Assembly: GCA_035470905.1 (NCBI GenBank)
Contig: DATIQL010000159.1
Location: 693 to 64,692, forward strand
DNA: 64,000 bases
Source: Casimicrobiaceae bacterium
GTDB lineage: Bacteria > Pseudomonadota > Gammaproteobacteria > Burkholderiales > Casimicrobiaceae
Direction: 5' to 3'
A program made the position numbers and the translations under genes. Positions 54,225-62,115 of the stretch are shown here, piece by piece; within the stretch, counting starts at the first letter, position 1; every line of letters starts with the position of its first letter. The notes below the pieces were generated by a model, which did not search any database, had not been told where the DNA came from, and saw only the letters and a program-made list of their open reading frames with translations.

Positions 54225-55391
54225 CTATTCGCCGCCACTGCCGGCGAAGTGTCCGCCGGGTGCTTCGCGCGCAACGCTGCCGGCACCCTTGCCGCCGGGT
54301 TTGCCACCCGGCTTGCGCGCAGCACCGCCTGCGTCGATGCCGACCTCCTTCCAGGCGGCGACGACAGCCTGCCGCTCGTCGGTCCCGAACACCCGGGCCG
54401 CGTTCTGCGCGGTCAGCACGGCGAACTGCCGGAACGTCGAGGTCTGCCTGACCCGGCGGTCGCGAAGGGTCTCGTACCAGACGCGCCCGGCCTTCTCCCA
54501 GGCGTGCCCGCCGAGCGCCGTCGCGGCGATATAGAACGCGTGGTTCGGGATTCCCGAGTTCGTGTGCACGCCGCCGTTGTCCATCGTCGTGTGCACGTAG
54601 CCGGACATCGTCGCCGGCTGGCTGTCGCGGCCGAGGACCGGATCGTCGAACGCGGTCCCGGGCGCTTTCATCGAACGCAGGGCAACGCCGTTCACCTTGG
54701 AGGTGAACAGGCCGGCCCCGATCAGCCAGTCGGCCTCACCGGCGGTCTGCCCGAGTGCGTACTGCTTGACCAGCGAGCCGAAGACGTCCGAGACCGATTC
54801 GTTCAGCGCGCCGGCCTGTCCGAGGTAGACGAGATTCGCTTCGTCGCCGGTCACGCCGTGCGTCAGTTCGTGGCCGATGACGTCCAGGGAAATGGTGAAG
54901 CGGTTGAACAGATCGCCGTCACCGTCGCCGAAGACCATCTGCCGGCCGTTCCAGAACGCGTTGTCGTACTGGCGGCCGTAATGGACGGTCGCATCGAGAT
55001 GCATTCCGGCATCGTCGATCGAATCGCGCTCAAAGACCGTCGCGAAGAAGTCGAAGGTCGCGCCGAGCCCGGCATAGGCTTCGTTGACCTCGACGTCCCT
55101 GCCGGGCCGCGCGCCCTCGCCGCGCACGACCCGCCCCGGCAGGCTCTCGCGATGCTCTGCATCGTAGATCGTGCGCTGCTTCGCGAACCCGGGCATCGCG
55201 AGCGGCGCACTGCGCGGACCGCGCTCGAGCAGCTGTTGGGTCGCCCGCGACAGGCGCAGCGTCTGGTCGGTGGCGAGCGTCGCCAGCGCCGCCTCGCGCT
55301 GTGACGCGGTCCCGCGCGACGCGATGCGCCGGAGGATCTCCGGCGGCAGGATCGTGCATGCACGTCGAAAACGGCATCGGTGGACGGCCAT
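54225..55391 (-). CDS. M4 family metallopeptidase, protealysin-like
   Basis: Short propeptide with CTILPPEILRRIA. HELTHGV...GALNESVSD zinc site. GGVHTNSGIPNHAFY. Gly/Lys-rich tail of about 35 aa. Confidence 0.85.
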   Translation of the reverse strand: MAVHRCRFRRACTILPPEILRRIASRGTASQREAALATLATDQTLRLSRATQQLLERGPRSAPLAMPGFAKQRTIYDAEHRESLPGRVVRGEGARPGRDVEVNEAYAGLGATFDFFATVFERDSIDDAGMHLDATVHYGRQYDNAFWNGRQMVFGDGDGDLFNRFTISLDVIGHELTHGVTGDEANLVYLGQAGALNESVSDVFGSLVKQYALGQTAGEADWLIGAGLFTSKVNGVALRSMKAPGTAFDDPVLGRDSQPATMSGYVHTTMDNGGVHTNSGIPNHAFYIAATALGGHAWEKAGRVWYETLRDRRVRQTSTFRQFAVLTAQNAARVFGTDERQAVVAAWKEVGIDAGGAARKPGGKPGGKGAGSVAREAPGGHFAGSGGE

Positions 55392-55539
55392 GGTCCCCCC
55401 GGCTTCGTCTCGATCCCGCCGCAGCCTCCGCCTGCACCTGCGATGCGCGGCGACGGGTCTGGTGCCGCCGTTTTACCACGGGCGCGAGGCGGTGGATATG
55501 CCCCGGCCTGATCGTCCCCGGGGACGCCGCCCTGCGCGC

Positions 55540-56139
55540 TCAGCGCGGGTAGCGCCGAGCCCCGCCGCGCCAGAACTTGAGCAGCAGGTAGCCGCCGATC
55601 AGGCCGCCCAGGTGCGCAAAGTGAGCGACACCTTCCTGCGTGCCGGTCACGCCGAGGAACAGCTCGAGCGCCGCGTAGACGACGACGAAGGTCCGCGCCG
55701 ACATCGGAATCGGCGGGAACAGCAGCATCACGCGGTTGTGCGGAAAGAACCTGGCATAGGCGAGCAGCAGGCCGAACACGCCGCCCGACGCCCCGATCGT
55801 CGGGTAGATGCCGCCGGTCAGCATGGCAAAGGCGAGCTGGGTGAACGCCGCCGAAAGCACCGACACGAAGTAATAGATCAGGTAGCGGCGGGACCCGAAC
55901 ACCTGCTCGACCGGGCTTCCGAACATGTACAGCGCGAACATGTTGAAACCGACGTGCAGCAGGCCGCCATGCAGGAACGCATAGGTGACGAGCTGCCACG
56001 GATAGAACCCGACGCCCGCCATTGCCTGCGAGGCGCCCAGTGGCCACAGCGCGAACGGAACGACCAGCCCGGGCAGGATCGATTGCAGCAGGAAGATCGC
56101 GACGTTGGCGACGATCAGCGCGGTGGTGACAGGAGGCAT
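55540..56139 (-). CDS. rhomboid family intramembrane serine protease
   Basis: HGGLLHVGFNM...GASGGVFG...AHLGGL. Confidence 0.85.
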   Translation of the reverse strand: MPPVTTALIVANVAIFLLQSILPGLVVPFALWPLGASQAMAGVGFYPWQLVTYAFLHGGLLHVGFNMFALYMFGSPVEQVFGSRRYLIYYFVSVLSAAFTQLAFAMLTGGIYPTIGASGGVFGLLLAYARFFPHNRVMLLFPPIPMSARTFVVVYAALELFLGVTGTQEGVAHFAHLGGLIGGYLLLKFWRGGARRYPR

Positions 56140-56447
56140 GAGGATGGGGGCCAGGGAGGGAGACGTGGGGCGGAGGCTTTGCAGCGAAAACGCCGGGAAG
56201 TTGCACCGCTTTCCGCGGCGCGTCAGACGCGCAGCATACCCAATGCGACCGCGGCGACCGGGCGCGCAGTAATCGAGGGAACCGCCGATTGGATCGCGGG
56301 AAGGCGGCTGCGTTCCCCGGCCTCCGCAGGCCGGTGCCGCGAGGACCGCTGGATTAGAATGATCGGGCAATCCCCGCCGTCACCGCCCTACGCGCAAGAC
56401 CTTCCAGTCCTCCGGCCGCCGTGTCCGCCCTGCCCCCGCCTCCCGCC

Positions 56448-57068
56448 ATGCAAACACAGCCCGCAAGCCCGTCCCCGCGCGTGATCCGGCATTCGGTGGT
56501 CGCCATCGAGAGCTTTCTGCCCGACGCCGTCAGTGCAGCCCTGCTCGAAGCCGTGCTGGCGAGGGAGGGCCAGTTCCAGCCGTCGGGGACCCACGATGCG
56601 CGCACCGACTACCGGCATTCGCTGGTGCTGAATCCGCCGCCGGAGCTGGTCAAGCCGATCGTCGACCGGGTGCGCGCCGTCATGCCGCAGGTCCTGCCGG
56701 CACTCAAGATCGCGCCGATCGAAGTAGGCATCGTCGAAGCGCAGGTCACGGCGAGCGTCGATAGCAGCTTCTTCGGCATCCACACCGACGCCGATTACGA
56801 CAAGGTCCCCAAGCGCTACCTGACCTACGTCTACTATTTCAACCGCATGCCCAAGGGATTCGAAGGCGGCGAGTTGCGCGTGTACGACGACGTGCTGCGC
56901 AACGGCAAGCTGGCCCGCGCCGAGACCTTCCGGGCCATCGAGCCGCGCCACAACCGGATCGTGTTCTTCTGGGCGCGAACGATGCACGAGGTGATGCCGG
57001 TTCGCATGCCCTCGGGTGCGTTCGCCGATGCGCGATTCACGGTGAACGGGTGGGTCAACTCGACCTGA
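56448..57068 (+). CDS. 2OG-Fe(II) oxygenase family protein
   Basis: GIHTDAD...GGELRVY...HEV...R facial triad pattern. Confidence 0.7.
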   Translation: MQTQPASPSPRVIRHSVVAIESFLPDAVSAALLEAVLAREGQFQPSGTHDARTDYRHSLVLNPPPELVKPIVDRVRAVMPQVLPALKIAPIEVGIVEAQVTASVDSSFFGIHTDADYDKVPKRYLTYVYYFNRMPKGFEGGELRVYDDVLRNGKLARAETFRAIEPRHNRIVFFWARTMHEVMPVRMPSGAFADARFTVNGWVNST

Positions 57069-57090
57069 GCGCTCCCGGCCTCGCGTGCCG

Positions 57091-57507
57091 CTAACGGTTG
57101 GCGGCGACCCGGGTCGTTCGCTGCTGTGCCGCCTGCGCGCGGGCGTCGGCGTTGCGGGCAGCGTCCGCGTCGACGCCATCCATGACCGATGCCGATGCCC
57201 GTCCCGGCGCCGGTCCCGGGCGCAGGCCCGCGGCCGCCGCGAGGGCGAGCGCAGCTGCAACCGCGACTGCCGTCGAACGCGAACCGCGCCTTGTGCGCCA
57301 CAAGTTGAACGACATCGAGCTGTCGGCCTGCGTTGCGCCGGACGACGGCATTGATTGCGGTGCAGCGTCAACGTCCGCGTCGGCTTGCGCGCCGGCGTGG
57401 GAAGTGGCGTCCACAAGAGCCTGGGCAGACTCGATTTCCCACTCGCAGTCGGGACAGAGCTTGCGCGGGCCATAGATGATCTGGCTGCACATCCGGCACT
57501 TCGTCAC
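57091..57507 (-). CDS. zinc-ribbon protein with Ala-rich hydrophobic segment, unknown function
   Basis: CRMC...CPDC at the N-terminus, followed by a predicted TM (AVAVAAALALAAAAGL). Confidence 0.45.
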   Translation of the reverse strand: MTKCRMCSQIIYGPRKLCPDCEWEIESAQALVDATSHAGAQADADVDAAPQSMPSSGATQADSSMSFNLWRTRRGSRSTAVAVAAALALAAAAGLRPGPAPGRASASVMDGVDADAARNADARAQAAQQRTTRVAANR

Positions 57508-57638
57508 TCAAGCCTCCATCGCATGCGGTTCGGGATTTCGCGGGGCGGCAGCATCGAGGACGCTGCGATCGCCCGGCGCAGGGCCCGGGAATCAACCCAA
57601 AGCAATTCGCGGACCCGGAGGTGAATGACCGGACTGAA

Positions 57639-57684
57639 ATAATCTTGCCTTATGGTCTCAATTAGTTATTTAAGCTTGAGTTAT
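57639..57684 (+). promoter_or_regulatory. AT-rich island with dyad ATAATCTTGCCTTAT (T-N11-A type) upstream of the prx-grx operon
   Basis: This is the only strongly AT-rich stretch in the right half. It holds the dyad at 57639-57653 plus GTTAT repeats at 57665 and 57680. It lies in the divergent intergenic region. Confidence 0.35.
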
Positions 57685-57750
57685 GTCGGCCCGGTCCCGA
57701 TCATTGCCATATCGAAGCAATGCGCTTCCGTCCACCCAGGAGCTTCAACA

Positions 57751-58500
57751 ATGACCCAGCAACCGCTGCCGGACCGTACCGGCCACCGCATACCCGACGT
57801 CGCGCTGCGCGTCCGCCGCGACGGCGAATGGGCAAGCGTGACCACCGACGAGATCTTCGCCGGCCGGAACGTCGTCGTCTTCGCGCTGCCCGGCGCTTTC
57901 ACGCCGACGTGCTCGTCGACCCACCTGCCTCGCTTCAACGAGCTTGCGCCGGTGTTCAAGACCCACGGCATCGACGCCATCGTCTGAGTGTCGGTCAACG
58001 ACCCGTTTGTCATGGAGGCATGGGCGAAAGACCAGGAAGCGGACAATGTCGTCCTGCTGCCCGACGGCAACGGCGAGTTCACCCGCCGAATGGGCATGCT
58101 CGTCGACAAGAGCGACCTCAACTTCGGCCCGCGCTCGTGGCGCTATTCGATGCTGGTGCGCGACAGGAAGATCGAAAGGATGTTCATCGAGCCGCAGGAA
58201 CCGGGAGATCCTTTCAAGGTGTCCGACGCCGACACGATGCTCGATTACCTGAGCCCCGACGCCCGCCGTCCCGACCGCGTCGCGATCCTGACGCGGGAGG
58301 GCTGCGGATTCTGCGCCAGGGCCAAGCAGCAGCTGGCGGACGCCGGGTTCGACTACGTCGAGATACCCCTCCCGCACACGATTCGCAGCCGCGCGATCGG
58401 CGCGATCGCCGGGACGACGACGGTTCCCCAGGTGTTCATCAACGGCAACCTGATCGGGGGTTCGGTCGAGCTCGAAGCCTGGCTGCGCAAAGCCGCGTAA
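57751..58500 (+). pseudogene. Prx5-type peroxiredoxin / glutaredoxin hybrid with in-frame TGA at 57985-57987
   Basis: [14 protein letters not shown] (peroxidatic Cys intact) ...GIDAIV*VSVNDPFVMEAW..., followed by the Grx domain TREGCGFCARAK...TVPQVFI. Many homologues have Cys at the TGA position. Confidence 0.7.
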
Positions 58501-58517
58501 GCTGGAGGGTCCGGACC

Positions 58518-59930
58518 ATGCAAACCACGAGCACCGACGTCGCGATCATCGGCGCCGGCACGGCAGGCCTCGCGGCGTATCGCGCCGCGAAGGCAGCCGG
58601 ACGCCGCGCCCTGCTGATCGAGGGCGGCATCCACGGAACGACCTGCGCACGCGTCGGATGCATGCCGAGCAAGCTCCTGATCGCGCCGGCTGAGGCTGCG
58701 CACTCGGTAGGGCGTTTCGATGCATTCGGGCTGCGTCTCGAAGGCCGCGTCGAAGTCGACGGTCGGGCAGTGATGGCACGCGTGCGTCGCGAGCGCGACC
58801 GGTTCGTCGGGTTCGTGACCGAGGGTGTCGACGCGATCCCGGCAGCCGACAAGCTCGCCGGCTGCGCGCGCTTCGTTGCCGATACGCGGCTCGAGGTCGG
58901 CAGCGTGGCGACCGTCGACGCCCGCGCGGTCGTCATCGCGACAGGATCGGCGCCGTCGTATCCGGCGGCGTGGAAGGCGCTCGGTGACCGACTGGTCGTC
59001 AACGACGACGTGTTCGAGTGGACCGACCTGCCGGAAAGCGTCGCGGTCTTCGGACCCGGGGTCATCGGGCTCGAGCTGGGGCAGGCGCTGCACCGGCTGG
59101 GCGTGCGCGTCAAGATCTTCGGCCGTGGCGGCGGCGTGGGACCGCTGTCCGATCCCGCATTGCTGAGCGAAGCGCGCCGCGTGTTCGGAGCCGAGCTGTA
59201 CCTCGACACCGACGCGCACGCCGAGGTCTCGCGCGAAGGCTCGAATGTCGTCGTGCGCTATCGCGATCTCGCCGGGGACATGCGCAGCGAGCGCTTCGAT
59301 TACCTGCTCGCCGCGACGGGCCGCCGTCCGAATCTCGAGCGGTTGAACCTGGAGGCGACCTCGCTCGCCCGCGACGCCGGCGGGCTGCCGTCCTTCGACC
59401 GCGGCACCCTGCAATGCGGATCCGCGCCGATCTTCATCGCCGGCGACGCCAACAACGATGTCCCGGTGCTGCACGAGGCGGCCGATGAGGGCCGTATCGC
59501 CGGCGAAAACGCGGCGCGGTATCCCGATGTGCATGCGGGCCCGCGCCGGGCGCCGCTGGGCATCGTGTTCACGGACCCGCAGATCGCCACCATCGGCGGC
59601 GGATACGCCGCGATACGCAACACCCCCCATGTCACCGGCGTCGTGTCCTTCGAAGACCAGGGGCGATCGCGGGTGATGCTGAAGAACCGGGGTCTGCTCC
59701 ACGTATACGCCCAGCCGGGTACCGGCGCGCTGCTCGGCGCGGAGCTGATCGGACCGGATGCCGAGCACCTCGCGCACCTGCTCGCATGGGCGAAGCAACT
59801 CGACCTCACGATCGCCGACATGCTGAAGCTCCCGTTCTACCACCCGGTCGTCGAGGAGGGCCTGCGCACCGCGTTGCGCGACGCGTACGCGAAGCTTGAC
59901 TTGTCAAAGGGCGCGCGCCGCGTGGCCTGA
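58518..59930 (+). CDS. class I pyridine nucleotide-disulfide oxidoreductase (dihydrolipoyl dehydrogenase-like)
   Basis: GAGTAG, redox CxxxxC (TCARVGCMPSK), a second GxGxxG (FGPGVIG) and a C-terminal dimerisation domain with HP. Confidence 0.85.
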   Translation: MQTTSTDVAIIGAGTAGLAAYRAAKAAGRRALLIEGGIHGTTCARVGCMPSKLLIAPAEAAHSVGRFDAFGLRLEGRVEVDGRAVMARVRRERDRFVGFVTEGVDAIPAADKLAGCARFVADTRLEVGSVATVDARAVVIATGSAPSYPAAWKALGDRLVVNDDVFEWTDLPESVAVFGPGVIGLELGQALHRLGVRVKIFGRGGGVGPLSDPALLSEARRVFGAELYLDTDAHAEVSREGSNVVVRYRDLAGDMRSERFDYLLAATGRRPNLERLNLEATSLARDAGGLPSFDRGTLQCGSAPIFIAGDANNDVPVLHEAADEGRIAGENAARYPDVHAGPRRAPLGIVFTDPQIATIGGGYAAIRNTPHVTGVVSFEDQGRSRVMLKNRGLLHVYAQPGTGALLGAELIGPDAEHLAHLLAWAKQLDLTIADMLKLPFYHPVVEEGLRTALRDAYAKLDLSKGARRVA

Positions 59931-59953
59931 GCCCGACCCAAGCCTCACCCCAA

Positions 59954-59978
59954 CCCTCTCCCGCCTTGCGGGAGAGGG
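59954..59978. repeat. REP-like hairpin (11-bp perfect stem)
   Basis: CCCTCTCCCGC-CTT-GCGGGAGAGGG. Confidence 0.85.
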
Positions 59979-60010
59979 GGACAACTCACCCACCCCGGCC
60001 CTCACTTCAG

Positions 60011-60034
60011 CCCTCTCCCGCAAGCGGGAGAGGG
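60011..60034. repeat. REP-like hairpin, second copy
   Basis: CCCTCTCCCGC-AA-GCGGGAGAGGG. Same arms as 59954-59978. Confidence 0.85.
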
Positions 60035-60130
60035 AGACGAGCGAGGGCGAGGCGGGTGAGGGTCGTGGTTGCGCTTTACAGATCGCGGTGGCCACCGCGA
60101 CAATACGGCCCCGCACTACGTGGACTGCCG

Positions 60131-61132
60131 ATGATGAATCCCGCTTCCCGCGCGGCCAGCGCACTCGCCCACGGCACTGCAGTCGCCCTCGCTGCGCTCT
60201 GCCTGCTGCCCGGCGCCCATGCGGCCGATGCGCAACCGTATCCGAGCCACCCGATCCGCATCGTCGTCCCCTTCTCGCCCGGCGGCGCGGTCGACGGACC
60301 GACGCGGCTGATCGCCAAGGAACTCGCAAAACGCCTCGGCCAGGGTGTCGTCGTCGAGAACAAGCCGGGGGCCGGCGCGACGATCGGCGCGGACATCGTC
60401 GCCAAGTCCCCGCCGGACGGCTACACGCTGCTCCTCGCCTCGCAGACCAACGCGATCAGCGCGACGCTGTACTCGAAGCTGCCGTACGACGCCGTCGGCG
60501 ATTTCGAGCCGATCTCGCTGCTCGCGCGCGAGCCGGGAGTCGTCGTCGTGAACCCCAAGGTGCCCGCCAGCACGCTTCCCGAATTCATTGCCTACGTGAA
60601 GGCGAATCCGGGCAAGATCGATTTCGCGTCGTCGGGCAACGGCAGCGGCCAGCACCTTTTCGCCGCCCTGCTCGCGTCGAAGACCGGCATGAAGATGAAC
60701 CACGTCCCCTACCGCGGCAGCGGCCAGGCGACGACCGACCTGATCGCCGGCCGGGTCGAGATGTCGATTCCCGGCATCGCGGGCATGATGGGGCACATCA
60801 GGGCCGGGAAGCTGCGCCCCCTCGCCGTGACCGGCGCGCACCGCTCGCCGCTCCTGCCCGACGTGCCGACGGTCGCGGAATCGGGCGTCCCCGACTACGA
60901 AGCCTATGTCTGGATGGGGCTGTTCGCGCCCAGGGGCACGCCGCAGCCGATCATCGACCTGCTGCACAAGGAACTCGTCGCCGTGCTCGCGACCGACGAG
61001 GTCAAGCATTATTTCGCGAGCGTCGGGACCGAGATCGTGGGCTCGACGCCTGCCGAGTTCGGAACCTATTTCAAGGCGCAGAAGGAGCTGTGGGCGAAGG
61101 TGATCCACGAGACCGGCGCGAAGATCGACTGA
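60131..61132 (+). CDS. Bug family tripartite tricarboxylate transporter substrate-binding protein (TctC-like)
   Basis: Signal peptide, then YPSHPIRIVVPFSPGG...ENKPGAGATIG...SSGNGSGQHL...YRGSG. Confidence 0.9.
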   Translation: MMNPASRAASALAHGTAVALAALCLLPGAHAADAQPYPSHPIRIVVPFSPGGAVDGPTRLIAKELAKRLGQGVVVENKPGAGATIGADIVAKSPPDGYTLLLASQTNAISATLYSKLPYDAVGDFEPISLLAREPGVVVVNPKVPASTLPEFIAYVKANPGKIDFASSGNGSGQHLFAALLASKTGMKMNHVPYRGSGQATTDLIAGRVEMSIPGIAGMMGHIRAGKLRPLAVTGAHRSPLLPDVPTVAESGVPDYEAYVWMGLFAPRGTPQPIIDLLHKELVAVLATDEVKHYFASVGTEIVGSTPAEFGTYFKAQKELWAKVIHETGAKID

Positions 61133-61145
61133 GGGCCGGGAAACG

Positions 61146-62081
61146 ATGGATTCGGTGACCAGCACCGCCGTGAGCGACGCAGCCGTGGAGGGCGTCGAGC
61201 ACTGGACGAACAAGGGCGACGTTCGCCTGTTCCTGTGGGAAAAATACGTCGGCTCGCCCGAGGGCAAGCCGGTCGTGCTGTTCGTGCACGGCTCGTCGAT
61301 GGCGTCACAGCCGACCTTCGACCTGCACGTGCCCGGACGCCCCGATTCGTCGGTGATGGACTGGTTCGCGCGCCGCGGCTTCGCCTGCTGGTGCGTGGAC
61401 ATGGAAGGCTACGGGCGCTCGGACAAGTCGCGCGACATCTTCTGCGACATCGCCAACGGCGCCGACGACCTCGCTGCCGCCACCGATTACATGCGCAAGG
61501 CGCGCGGCATCGGAAGCGTGATGGCCTACGGCATCTCGTCGGGTGCGCTGCGGGCCGCGCTGTTCGCGCAGCGTCATCCCGACCGCGTGTCGCGCCTCGC
61601 CCTCGACGCCTTCGTCTGGACGGGCGAGGGCGCGCCGACGCTCGAGCAGCGGCGCAAGAAGCTGCCCGAGTTCATGGCGAAGAAGCGGCGGCCGATCGAC
61701 CGCGCGTTCGTCTATTCGATCTTCGAGCGCGACCACCCCGAATGCGCCGAGCGCAGCGTCGTCGACGCTTTCGCCGACGCGATCCTCGCGCTCGACGACT
61801 CGATGCCCAACGGCACCTACATCGACATGTGCTCGAAGCTGCCGGTCGTCGATCCGGCGTTGATCACCATGCCCACCGTCGTCCTGCGCGGGCAATACGA
61901 CGGCATCGCGGCCTTCGACGACCTGATCGAGTTCTTCACGCGGCTGCCCAATCCAGACAAGCAGTTCTCGGTGATGGCGGGCATCTCGCACGCCAGCTTC
62001 CAGCAGAAGAACTACCGGATGGTCTACCACATCCTGCGCGCCTGGTTCACTCAACCGGCGCCGGTGTACGTCGGCCACTAG
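61146..62081 (+). CDS. alpha/beta hydrolase
   Basis: VLFVHGSS...GISSGA nucleophile elbow...H near the C-terminus. Confidence 0.8.
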   Translation: MDSVTSTAVSDAAVEGVEHWTNKGDVRLFLWEKYVGSPEGKPVVLFVHGSSMASQPTFDLHVPGRPDSSVMDWFARRGFACWCVDMEGYGRSDKSRDIFCDIANGADDLAAATDYMRKARGIGSVMAYGISSGALRAALFAQRHPDRVSRLALDAFVWTGEGAPTLEQRRKKLPEFMAKKRRPIDRAFVYSIFERDHPECAERSVVDAFADAILALDDSMPNGTYIDMCSKLPVVDPALITMPTVVLRGQYDGIAAFDDLIEFFTRLPNPDKQFSVMAGISHASFQQKNYRMVYHILRAWFTQPAPVYVGH

Positions 62082-62115
62082 GTGCCGGCCGGTGTACGTC
62101 GGCCACTAGGTGCCG
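62060..62115. repeat. 28-bp perfect tandem duplication (2 copies)
   Basis: GCCGGTGTACGTCGGCCACTAGGTGCCG occurs at 62060-62087 and again at 62088-62115. Each copy includes a copy of the hydrolase stop codon. Confidence 0.9.
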
